Positions 55,381-64,000 of a stretch of DNA of 64,000 bases are shown in pieces. The position numbers were made by a program, and so were the translations under genes. Within the stretch, counting starts at the first letter, position 1. Each line of letters starts with the position of its first letter. This stretch comes from Candidatus Omnitrophota bacterium. GTDB lineage: Bacteria; Omnitrophota; Gorgyraeia; Zapsychrales; Zapsychraceae. The stretch lies in the NCBI GenBank assembly GCA_029261055.1, contig JAJDCA010000065.1:9581-73580 (forward strand), given 5' to 3'. The notes under the pieces are model-generated. The model saw only the letters and a program-made list of their open reading frames with translations. It was not told where the DNA came from and ran no database searches.

Positions 55381-56271
55381 TCAAAGCCCTCTGCCCGTAA
55401 TCATTTGAAGAGCCTGGAGATATTTTTCGGTGGTTTTATTGACGATTTCCTTTGGTAGCTCTGGTGCAGGCGCTGTTTTATCCCAGTCAAGTGTTTCTAG
55501 ATAATCCCGAACAAATTGCTTATCAAAGCTTGGCTGCTCCTTTCCAGGTTCATATTTATCTTTAGGCCAAAAACGAGATGAGTCAGGCGTAAGCGCCTCA
55601 TCAATAAGGATAATGTCATCATCAATTTTCCCAAATTCAAATTTTGTATCAGCAATAATAATGCCACAACCTTCTGCAAATCGAGTAGCCTTATTATAGA
55701 GCGCCATACTAATCTCTTTTAGTTTCTCGGTAACGTCCGATCCTATTTCTTTGGCCATGTATTCCTGACTTACATTAATATCATGACCTTCCTCTGCCTT
55801 TATTGCCGGAGTAAATATAGGTTCTTGTAATTTGTCTGACTCTTTTAATCCTTTCGGCAACTTAATTCCACACACCGTTTGATTTTTTACATATTCCTTC
55901 CACCCTGATCCAGACAAATAACCGCGCACGACACATTCGAATGGGAAAACTTGTGCTTTTTTCACGAGCATTGAGCGCCCTTTTAAAGTGTCCGAATATT
56001 TTCTTAACTCTTCTGGAAAATCTTCCACATTCGGCGTAATTAAATGATTGAGTACGATGTCCTTCGTAAATTCAAACCAAAAGACTGAGAATTGCGTCAG
56101 AATATGGCCTTTGTTCGGTATGCAGGTGGGAAGGATAACATCAAAACAAGAGATTCTATCTGTCGCGATAACTAACAGCTTGTCATCAAGGTCATAGACA
56201 TCTCGAACTTTGCCTTTCTTAAAAAGTTTAAGTTCTTTTAACTTTACGGATGATAAAGATTGTAAACCCAT
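55381..56271 (-). CDS. purC: phosphoribosylaminoimidazole-succinocarboxamide synthase (long form)
   Basis: 296 aa with the ATP-grasp-like SAICAR synthetase motifs GKVRDVYDL and [10 protein letters not shown]. Confidence 0.85.
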   Translation of the reverse strand: MGLQSLSSVKLKELKLFKKGKVRDVYDLDDKLLVIATDRISCFDVILPTCIPNKGHILTQFSVFWFEFTKDIVLNHLITPNVEDFPEELRKYSDTLKGRSMLVKKAQVFPFECVVRGYLSGSGWKEYVKNQTVCGIKLPKGLKESDKLQEPIFTPAIKAEEGHDINVSQEYMAKEIGSDVTEKLKEISMALYNKATRFAEGCGIIIADTKFEFGKIDDDIILIDEALTPDSSRFWPKDKYEPGKEQPSFDKQFVRDYLETLDWDKTAPAPELPKEIVNKTTEKYLQALQMITGRGL

Positions 56272-56318
56272 AGTATTTTCTTAGCCTTTCATTAATGATA
56301 GTTTTTTATGAAAATAAA

Positions 56319-58202
56319 TTATTTATCCTTTAAAGAAACACGTTTTCTTTTGCCTAACAAAATCGCGTCGCGTAAACCTTGATCATTCTTAGCACGTAAC
56401 CATATTTGACTAAAGAGAGCATTACTTACAATCTGAGCAATAGCAGACAAAGCCCTTAAATGATAAGCACGTTCGTCCTTGCTTCCGTAAAGGATAAAAA
56501 CAGCATTAATTTCCTGATACTCTTCATCGAAAACAATACCCTCTCGACAACGGACTAAAACAATTCCGAATAATTTTGTTCCATCAACAATGACATGAGG
56601 GATGGCAACATCGTGATTAATAACTGTCGCCCCCTCTCTTTCCCTTTTTAAAAGAGCAAGTTCAACAACTTCCTTCGGACATGATGATTTTTGTGCAATC
56701 TTATCGGATACAGTTTCAAACAATTGATCAACCGTTATTTTTTTATCAATATCAATAACATCACAATCTTCAATCATATGATCGAAACGATCTTTGATAA
56801 TTTCATCTCTTTCTTGAATAATGCCCTTTAATTCTTCTTCAAGGCCTCCTGTAACTAATTCTTTTGCCGTCAATCGTGCAATAATATGAAGCACAGCAGA
56901 CTTCTGTTTAGTTCTTAGCCTCCCATAAAACCAGTAAATGATAAACGCAACCGCAATCAGTACAATTTTTATAAAAAAGACCTGTGTACTCATCTCAAAA
57001 AGAATAAAGAGAAACAACACTGTGCCGATAATTTGAACCCACGGGTACATCGGTGATCGAAATGTTGGTTGATAATTTTGTATTTTACTTTCACGCATAA
57101 TTATGACGGACAAATGAGAGAAGAGAAATGTAAGAATAAGGACAGATGAAGCAAGTTCAACGAGCATATCTAATTTTAAAAATAGACATAATACAAGGAC
57201 TACCCCGGATAAAAGAATGGATACAACTGGAGTTTGATACTTAGGATGAAGCCTGCTTAAAAACTTTGGTAGTAGTTTATCTCGACTTAAAGCCAATGGA
57301 TATCTTGATGCCGCCATAATACCGGCATTAGCCGTTGTGATAAAAGAAGCGATCGCGGCCAAACTCAACAGTATTACGCCCCACTTCCCCATTGACACTT
57401 GTGCACCAATAGACAACGGCGTCAAAGAACCATCCAACTGTTCACTTCCTAGAATACCCGTCGTAACAAAGACAACAAGAGAATAAAACAATGTAACAAC
57501 AATCAGTGACGCAATCATTGCCTGCGGAACAACCTTCTCTGCTTGTTTGACCTCTTCAGCGACACTGGCAACCTTTAATAACCCCCCATAGGATACAAAA
57601 ATAAATCCAGCTATTACAAAAATAGATTCAAACCCATAAGGCGTAAATGGGGTAAAATTCTCAACTTCAATAAATTTAACTCCATTGAATATGTAAATGA
57701 GCAAAGCTCCTATGAGAAAAAATACAAGATACACCTGTGCTCGACCAGCTTTCTTAGCTCCCTTCAAATTGAGAAAAGTAAAAAACAAACCTAAAAGCAT
57801 ACCAACCCAAGGAATAACAGACATGGATGCCGCTAATTGCGGAAGGATTAGTTGAACAAAAGCCGCAATACCAACTAAAGCAAATGCGGCCTTTAAAAGA
57901 AGTGAAAACCATGTAAGCAAACCTTGAATAGTGCCGACCGCAGGCCCTAAACTTCGTGTTACAAAAAAGTAGGCCCCTCCTGATTTAGGCATAGCTGAAA
58001 CAAGCTCCGCCTGACTGAAAACCCCCGTCAAAGCCAAAAGACCCGCAAAGAAATATGCAATAAATAGCGCTGGCCCTACTTTTGCATGGGCAATTCCAGG
58101 CAAAATAAATAATCCAGAACTAATCATAGCGCCAGTTGCTAGACAAAACACATCAAGAAATGTCAGCTCTTTTTTTAGTCTTTTCTCATGCTTCATCGTC
58201 AA
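56319..58202 (-). CDS. APC-family amino-acid permease fused to a C-terminal PTS EIIA(Ntr)-like (EIIA-2) domain
   Basis: About 12 TM helices with APC motifs, then a cytoplasmic tail. LLKREREGATVINHDVAIPH and AVFILYGSKDERAYHLRALSAIAQIV match the two PtsN signature regions. Confidence 0.75.
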   Translation of the reverse strand: MTMKHEKRLKKELTFLDVFCLATGAMISSGLFILPGIAHAKVGPALFIAYFFAGLLALTGVFSQAELVSAMPKSGGAYFFVTRSLGPAVGTIQGLLTWFSLLLKAAFALVGIAAFVQLILPQLAASMSVIPWVGMLLGLFFTFLNLKGAKKAGRAQVYLVFFLIGALLIYIFNGVKFIEVENFTPFTPYGFESIFVIAGFIFVSYGGLLKVASVAEEVKQAEKVVPQAMIASLIVVTLFYSLVVFVTTGILGSEQLDGSLTPLSIGAQVSMGKWGVILLSLAAIASFITTANAGIMAASRYPLALSRDKLLPKFLSRLHPKYQTPVVSILLSGVVLVLCLFLKLDMLVELASSVLILTFLFSHLSVIIMRESKIQNYQPTFRSPMYPWVQIIGTVLFLFILFEMSTQVFFIKIVLIAVAFIIYWFYGRLRTKQKSAVLHIIARLTAKELVTGGLEEELKGIIQERDEIIKDRFDHMIEDCDVIDIDKKITVDQLFETVSDKIAQKSSCPKEVVELALLKREREGATVINHDVAIPHVIVDGTKLFGIVLVRCREGIVFDEEYQEINAVFILYGSKDERAYHLRALSAIAQIVSNALFSQIWLRAKNDQGLRDAILLGKRKRVSLKDK

Positions 58203-58210
58203 CCTCCCTT

Positions 58211-59119
58211 CTATTTGATTGGAGAAATAAATCCATCAGGTTTAACAGTTAAAACCGAACAATTCACCTGTTGCAATACACTTTCAGCTGTATTTCCAAT
58301 AAGGATTCCGACCAAACCACTACGAGAAACCGTTCCCATAACGATCAAATCAATATTAAGATCTTTTACCATCTTCGGAATAACAGATATTGATTCTCCT
58401 TTAACAACATGGATTTTTGTTGTAGATTTATTCAAATTATAACTCTTAAGAAGCTTCTTCATTTTTATCTTAAGTTCTTGCTTCGTCTCTTTCTCAAGGC
58501 TTCGCAATTCATCCCATGATACATGATTCAGATAAGATTCACCGTATAAATGCCATGCACAAATAATGTGCAGATTACTTTTATCCCAATCAGCTAGGGA
58601 AGTAGCTAAATCCATAATTTTCACATTTAAAGAGTTATCAGAATTCTTATACTCACTAAGTTTTACAGCAGAAAGAATTCGAAAATACTTCTTTCGCCTT
58701 GCAGGTTTGACAACCCATACAGGACATGGGCATTTACGCATGAGATGCATAGATGTACTGCCAAAAATATGTTCTTTAAAACGTGTTTTCCCTTCCGCTT
58801 GTATAATAACTAAATCATGATTATCCTGTAGAACTTTACGAATAATTTCGACAAATGGCCGGCCTCTTAACACGTGACAAGTAACATTTGGTAATTGACC
58901 CTGTACTGAAGAAATATCCTGCTCCATTTTCTTTTGTTTTTCTCTGAGAACATCCTCTTGTATTTTTTCTAAAGATTTGGGCAGATCATTTAGAAAATCT
59001 ACAATTGTCAAGTCCGCTTGATTTCGTTCTGCTAAAGCTAAAGCCCTTTCTAAAGCAGCACGTCCTGTGGGTTTTAAGTCAGAAACCAAAAGAATATCTT
59101 TAAAACGTTTCATAGCCAA
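58211..59119 (-). CDS. tandem universal stress protein (UspA family, two USP domains)
   Basis: 302 aa with two alpha/beta USP modules, each carrying the ATP-binding-type G-x2-G-x9-G(S/T) region (GTVSRSGLVGILIGNTAE). Confidence 0.8.
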   Translation of the reverse strand: MAMKRFKDILLVSDLKPTGRAALERALALAERNQADLTIVDFLNDLPKSLEKIQEDVLREKQKKMEQDISSVQGQLPNVTCHVLRGRPFVEIIRKVLQDNHDLVIIQAEGKTRFKEHIFGSTSMHLMRKCPCPVWVVKPARRKKYFRILSAVKLSEYKNSDNSLNVKIMDLATSLADWDKSNLHIICAWHLYGESYLNHVSWDELRSLEKETKQELKIKMKKLLKSYNLNKSTTKIHVVKGESISVIPKMVKDLNIDLIVMGTVSRSGLVGILIGNTAESVLQQVNCSVLTVKPDGFISPIK

Positions 59120-59133
59120 TCCCTCCTTCCAGG

Positions 59134-60900
59134 TTAATTAAACGGCAATAACAAAAAAAATGTTATAAATAATGTCAAGAACATTACTCCAAAAACTTTC
59201 CAACTTCCAAAATTTTGCGCAAAATGATCAATGTGCTTCGATTGAGACGTTATCCTATGCCGCAACTCAATAAGGGACGTCGACAATTCTTCTTTTCTCT
59301 CATTGATAAACCGGACAAAGACCAAAATAGCAGATTGGCATAAGGTCAACACTCTTGTATAAACAGTTAACACATCGCCTTCCGGAATACAAAAAGAATT
59401 TTTCCATCGTCTTGTAAGTGCAACCCATGTTATGACACCTCCAACAACCAATGGCCAAAGAGCGCTCCACTTTAAAAAGGTGAACGTTTCTTTTCCCGGA
59501 AGCTTGATAAATTCCTGAACTTGCGTCAAAACAGGTAATAATCCAACCATGCCAAGCATTAAACCCCAAGATAAGTAAACTCCCAATTTGACTGAAACCT
59601 CTTTCTCCTTTTCAATCTTTTTTGGCCATACCAGCCAAAGAAAACGTGCCATGATAAATGTTGTTCCAATGGCCGCACCACTGATCAGCCATTTAACTAA
59701 ATAAGCCCACTGATAGTGATAACTCACACTACTCATAACATATTTTAACGATCCCTTAGCTAATGCTCCGCTAGTAAAGGGTGCTCCGATGATCGCAAGA
59801 GCTGGTAGAAGCAGACCAAAATTCCGTAAATACCTTAATAATGGGACAGAAATCTTTGTTGCAGCCGTACCGACACTCAAAAATAAAGCCCCTTTAGCCA
59901 AAGCATGATGGGCCGCATAGACCATTAAAACAGCCCAACAACCGGGCCATAAATCCGGCACTAGCAATCCTAATCCAACAATGATTGTCATCATTCCCAT
60001 TTGACTGATCGATGAATAAGCTAATACCGTCTTAGCATTGCTCTGCGTAAGTCCGACAAACACCCCGTAGAAAGCCGCCAACAAACCTAAGCCGATAACA
60101 AGAATTCCCCATTGAGGAAAAGCCGATTCTCCCAAAGGTAAAATACGTAACCAACCCAATAATCCCGCATTGATCATGGAACCACTTAAAATCGCACTGG
60201 CTGGAGTCGGCGCCACAGGATGTGCAAGCGGTAACCAAACATGAAACGGTAACGCGCCGGCCTTGATTCCAAAACCCAGCAAAGCCAGACCAATGATTAT
60301 GTCTCTCATCGGTGAGCCTACAATACTTGCGGGTAAATGCGAAAGATAAATATTTCCTGTTAAATGAACGGCCATAACCAAACTAGAAAAAATAAAGGCT
60401 TCTCCAAGAATAACTAAACAGATGTAAACCTTACCCGCATGATGAGCAGACTTTGTTTTAGAATGAACCACCAGCCCATAGGAGGCAAAACTCATTAACG
60501 CAAAAAAGAAATAAAAACTAATCACATCTTGCGCCAAAATCAATCCAATATTTCCACACATGGCAAACAAGTAATAGACAAAGAATCGGGACTTCTTATC
60601 TTTATCCGACAAATAAAAAACAGCGTACACGCCTGCTATTAACCAGATAAGTGCTGTAAAAAAAAGAAATACTTTAGCTGTAGCATCCATCCCAAACTGA
60701 GCATCCAGTAATAACCATGGAATACGAATCGAGCTGCCAGACTTGACGAATACAGCCATAAGAAACGCCGGCAATGCCATCCATGGAGCCAACAGCGTCA
60801 ATCCAGGGCGCCATCGTGGAACTAAAAAGGCACAAGCAACTAGTAAAGGAGCAAATACTAGGATAAGCCAAAATAATTTATTTGATAATAAAAATATCAT
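59134..60900 (-). CDS. proton-conducting membrane transporter, NuoL/NuoM/MrpD (complex I antiporter-like) family, paralog 3
   Basis: 588 aa polytopic protein with conserved W..HA..KA and PF00361-type TM motifs (HVWLPLAHPVAPTPASAILSG). Confidence 0.7.
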   Translation of the reverse strand: MIFLLSNKLFWLILVFAPLLVACAFLVPRWRPGLTLLAPWMALPAFLMAVFVKSGSSIRIPWLLLDAQFGMDATAKVFLFFTALIWLIAGVYAVFYLSDKDKKSRFFVYYLFAMCGNIGLILAQDVISFYFFFALMSFASYGLVVHSKTKSAHHAGKVYICLVILGEAFIFSSLVMAVHLTGNIYLSHLPASIVGSPMRDIIIGLALLGFGIKAGALPFHVWLPLAHPVAPTPASAILSGSMINAGLLGWLRILPLGESAFPQWGILVIGLGLLAAFYGVFVGLTQSNAKTVLAYSSISQMGMMTIIVGLGLLVPDLWPGCWAVLMVYAAHHALAKGALFLSVGTAATKISVPLLRYLRNFGLLLPALAIIGAPFTSGALAKGSLKYVMSSVSYHYQWAYLVKWLISGAAIGTTFIMARFLWLVWPKKIEKEKEVSVKLGVYLSWGLMLGMVGLLPVLTQVQEFIKLPGKETFTFLKWSALWPLVVGGVITWVALTRRWKNSFCIPEGDVLTVYTRVLTLCQSAILVFVRFINERKEELSTSLIELRHRITSQSKHIDHFAQNFGSWKVFGVMFLTLFITFFLLLPFN

Positions 60901-60921
60901 TTAAGATTCCTAAAAAATAAA

Positions 60922-62418
60922 TTAATGTCCATATTCTCGTAATGTAATCAATTTTACCCAACCCAAAGGACTAAAAGGCAACCCAGCAAATATACCCATT
61001 AATAACGTCAGCCCTGCTGTTACAAGAGGAGGATATAAAAGGTACCGACGATTCTGTGTCCATTTCGTGGTTAATCCTTGAAAACTTACCTCCTTTGAAT
61101 CTTTAAACCATGCCGCATAAATAATGGGCAAAAAATAAGCGGCATTGAGTAGGCTACTTAGTAAAAGGACAAGCACAATCCATAACTGACTCGATTGCAA
61201 CGCACCCATTCCCAAATACCATTTACTGATAAATCCTGCCATCGGCGGAACCCCAATCATTCCCAGGGCTGCTATTGTGAAAGCGCCCATCGTCCACGGC
61301 ATATGCCGCCCCACACCATTCATTTCACTTATGCGGCTAATGTTCATCCCTTCTGCCAAATTACCTGCGCAGAAAAACAATGTAATTTTCATAATCCCCT
61401 GATGCACAAGATGAACAATTCCACCGATGGTCGCTATGGGACCGATCGCGGCCACACCAAGGATGATATAAGAAACCTGGCTTACCGTGGAGTACGCTAA
61501 ACGCCGTTTTAAATCGTCTTGAAACAAAGCACGGATAGATCCGTAAATAATTGTAATAGCGGCCATTATGGCCAGCCCTTGTAAAATTTTTAATTGCTGA
61601 CAAAATTCAATACCATAAAGATCATATACAACGCGAATAATGCCGAAGGCACCCGCTTTAACCACGGCGACAGCATGAAGTAAAGCACTAACCGGAGCAG
61701 GCGCAACCATTGCTTTTGGCAGCCATCCATGTAACGGTACAAGGGCTGCCTTAACTCCAAACCCCAATATCAAAAGAAAAAAGATAATAATAATTTGTGG
61801 ATGATATTCGGTTGCCACACTCGAAAGAATGCCGCGCTCAGTAAAGTCTGCTGGACCTGCTAAAGAGCTTAACCAAACCATGGCAAAAAATAATACCGCA
61901 CCGCCCAATAATGTATACATCAGATACACTCGCCCGGCTTTTACAGCCTCTTTTGTTCCTTTATGAACAACCAGTGGATATGTTGTTAAAGTTAAAAATT
62001 CATAAAACACCAAAAGAGTAAATAAATTACCTGCTAACGCTATCCCGGTCGTGGCGCTAACACATAAACTGAAAAACCCAAAAAAACGACTTTGATTAGA
62101 AGTCCCTTTGAGATAACCAATGGCATAAATAGTCGTAAGTAACCACAGAATCGCTGAAAGACAAACAAATAATAAAGAAAGAGAATCGGCATTAAGAACA
62201 ATGTCAAACCCCAAAAATAACGGAAAACGGAATTCATAAACATGACCGTTAAAAACCCCCCACATAAGCAGACCTACCAAGAATATCTTCAAGACAGCAT
62301 TAAATATATTTAAAAAAGAACGTGTGGAATGATTTTCCTCACGAAGAAAGAAAATCGCAATACCTGTCAAAAAGGATGTCATCAAAATAAATAAGGGTAA
62401 CCAATTCGACATAATCAT
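60922..62418 (-). CDS. proton-conducting membrane transporter, NuoM/NuoN/MrpD family, paralog 2
   Basis: 498 aa with LHGWLPKAMVAPAPVSALLHA. Confidence 0.7.
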   Translation of the reverse strand: MIMSNWLPLFILMTSFLTGIAIFFLREENHSTRSFLNIFNAVLKIFLVGLLMWGVFNGHVYEFRFPLFLGFDIVLNADSLSLLFVCLSAILWLLTTIYAIGYLKGTSNQSRFFGFFSLCVSATTGIALAGNLFTLLVFYEFLTLTTYPLVVHKGTKEAVKAGRVYLMYTLLGGAVLFFAMVWLSSLAGPADFTERGILSSVATEYHPQIIIIFFLLILGFGVKAALVPLHGWLPKAMVAPAPVSALLHAVAVVKAGAFGIIRVVYDLYGIEFCQQLKILQGLAIMAAITIIYGSIRALFQDDLKRRLAYSTVSQVSYIILGVAAIGPIATIGGIVHLVHQGIMKITLFFCAGNLAEGMNISRISEMNGVGRHMPWTMGAFTIAALGMIGVPPMAGFISKWYLGMGALQSSQLWIVLVLLLSSLLNAAYFLPIIYAAWFKDSKEVSFQGLTTKWTQNRRYLLYPPLVTAGLTLLMGIFAGLPFSPLGWVKLITLREYGH

Positions 62419-63935
62419 TTAATAAAACCCTCCATAGACTGAAAAAACACCGGACTATCAATCTTTAATATTTCTAGGGGTATCGTCGCTGCTAAACCAA
62501 GTAATATCGCAAAAAAAGACATTGCCAAGGACGAAAGCTGCATTCGTAATGGAATGTGTAAGGCTTTTTCACCCGGATTGGCTGCCTTTAAAGTAATTTC
62601 CAAAACACGAAAAATGTAACATGCGGCTAATATACTCCCGGCAACAATCAAAAGAGCGTACCACCATTGTCCCGTTAACATAGCGGCTTTAAGAAGCATC
62701 CATTTCCCAATAAATCCTCCACTTGGCGGCAATCCCATCAGACTCATGCCCGCAAGAGCAAAAGCAAATACCCCTATTGGAAAACGCTGTGCCAACCCAC
62801 GAAAATCCTTAATGCGATCATGGCCCAATGCATACATGATTGATCCCGCCACCATAAAAGCTGCAGCCTTGGCGCAAGCATGGGAGATTGAAAAGTAAAT
62901 GCCTCCACCCCAGGCAAATCCCTGTCCAATTGAATTCCCAGCTAACAAAGGAAACAATAAAAACATGTAACCAATTTGAGCAACCGTGGAATAAGCCAGC
63001 ATCATTTTTAACCGCGATTGCCTAAGAGCCTGTAGGGCTCCCCCCAAAATGGCTATGGCTCCTAATACGCCTAATAACTGTCCAGCTACAGGCATAATGA
63101 CACCCGTAAAAGTCTCAAACCAAAGGCGGACAAGTAAATAAAAAGATCCCATGACAACTAAGCCTGAAAGTATTGCGCTTACCGGAGCAGGAGCATTGGC
63201 ATGGGCCGGGGGTAACCAAAAATGTATCGGAAAAAGAGCTGTTTTGATAATGAGTCCCAAAGTCATAAGTGTTATTGCAACAGTAGAAATCATTCCCGGA
63301 CGAATCACTGTTTCCAGTAATCCTAAATCCAGTACACCATAAGCACTGTACAAAAAACCTACGCCAAACAAATAAACCAGCGAACCTAAAAGTGTCAGAA
63401 AAAAGTATCGTGTCGCCGACAAAAGAGCATCAACCGACCCCTTGAGTGCAACTAAAGCAATCGCCGAAAAGCTCACGATTTCCAAGGCAACATAAATGTT
63501 AAAAATATCCGATGACAAAAACAGAACATTTAGCCCTCCCCAAGCAAAAAACCATAATGGCCAAAAATAAGTTCCCATTTTGGCATAATGTTTATTTTTT
63601 TCTTTTTTCAAACCTTTTCGATCTTTAAAATATCCAAAAGCATACATACTGATGCATGTCCCTACAATAGCCGTGAATCCCAGCATAAGGACACTCAACC
63701 CGTCAAGATGAATATCAATGCCTAATGGGCTAGACCACCCTCCTATGGCATATCGAGACGGCCCCGACTGAAATACGCTTACTCCCAAATTCAATGTTAA
63801 GATTGTTAAAATAAATGCCGTCACAACACCAATTAATGTCCCTATCCGGCGTCCCGCCATAAAACACAAAACACCGGATAAAAAAGGAAGCATAATGGTC
63901 CACACGCTCGCATGAGAGGCAATAATTTGTGTCAT
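62415..63935 (-). CDS. proton-conducting membrane transporter, NuoM/NuoN/MrpD family, paralog 1
   Basis: 506 aa with HFWLPPAHANAPAPVSAILSG. RBS AGAGGTG lies upstream, and an upstream gene end is visible at about 63955. Confidence 0.7.
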   Translation of the reverse strand: MTQIIASHASVWTIMLPFLSGVLCFMAGRRIGTLIGVVTAFILTILTLNLGVSVFQSGPSRYAIGGWSSPLGIDIHLDGLSVLMLGFTAIVGTCISMYAFGYFKDRKGLKKEKNKHYAKMGTYFWPLWFFAWGGLNVLFLSSDIFNIYVALEIVSFSAIALVALKGSVDALLSATRYFFLTLLGSLVYLFGVGFLYSAYGVLDLGLLETVIRPGMISTVAITLMTLGLIIKTALFPIHFWLPPAHANAPAPVSAILSGLVVMGSFYLLVRLWFETFTGVIMPVAGQLLGVLGAIAILGGALQALRQSRLKMMLAYSTVAQIGYMFLLFPLLAGNSIGQGFAWGGGIYFSISHACAKAAAFMVAGSIMYALGHDRIKDFRGLAQRFPIGVFAFALAGMSLMGLPPSGGFIGKWMLLKAAMLTGQWWYALLIVAGSILAACYIFRVLEITLKAANPGEKALHIPLRMQLSSLAMSFFAILLGLAATIPLEILKIDSPVFFQSMEGFIK

Positions 63936-64000
63936 AGTTTCGCACCTCTATCATCATTATGAATTGCTTCAAAACTAGTATGCCCTGTTGCCGCATGTAA

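Noticed and set aside
63730-63996. 88-aa minus-strand ORF at the right edge
   Set aside because: It overlaps the 5' end of the third antiporter-like gene out of frame. The true upstream gene appears to end near 63955, outside interpretable range.
1-64000. rRNA and tRNA genes
   Set aside because: I scanned for T-arm GTTCGAATC/GGTTCGA contexts and 16S/23S hallmark sequences and found none. The window appears to be entirely protein-coding plus short intergenic elements.

Overview
This window is a 64-kb, AT-rich (about 40% GC) chromosomal segment from a Gram-negative-type bacterium; it encodes a TolC-like outer-membrane factor, a DUF481 outer-membrane protein and cytochrome bd. Coding is dense, about 75 protein-coding genes and mostly on the minus strand. 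I found no rRNA, tRNA or CRISPR array.

Recognisable gene blocks, left to right:
- Partial glgC, a divergent ZIP zinc transporter, and a csoR-tolC-cusB-cusA copper/silver efflux operon with a textbook CsoR operator.
- A small plus-strand islet of secreted and membrane hypotheticals, including a MORN-repeat protein.
- ABC-F ATPase, PHP-type histidinol phosphatase, bcp, a TPR membrane protein, ispG/ispH followed by a 2Fe-2S ferredoxin and moaE, then murB, rlmN, accA and a LysM L,D-transpeptidase.
- An ORF6N - comM - ORF6N module.
- An orphan histidine-kinase-like protein, then a five-gene ECF sigma / anti-sigma operon ending in three secreted low-complexity proteins.
- A co-directional minus-strand string running from the vapBC-like pair through a pterin dehydratase, an NFU1-like scaffold, rrf2-sufBCDSU, a DnaQ-like exonuclease, a DUF481 OMP, metB-like, purU, ttcA-like and DUF924 into the sigma operon.
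- A sulfite/nitrite reductase, lhgO, tandem CDGSH proteins, a 59-aa tautomerase, metXW, nadA, DUF423, miaB, cydAB, purC.
- An amino-acid permease with a C-terminal PTS EIIA(Ntr)-like domain plus a tandem USP, and three consecutive complex-I-type antiporter-like subunits that run off the window.

Structure not explained by genes:
- A dispersed CT-rich octamer-repeat element at three loci.
- A family of GC-rich nested palindromic elements downstream of operons.
- A 13+3+13 palindrome inside both ORF6N paralogs, preserved by compensatory base changes that alter four amino acids.
- A histidine-kinase-like H-box that lacks the phospho-acceptor His.
- An anti-sigma periplasmic tail duplicated as a separate secreted acidic protein, next to a very basic DUF3106-like protein and a 66-bp tandem-repeat protein.
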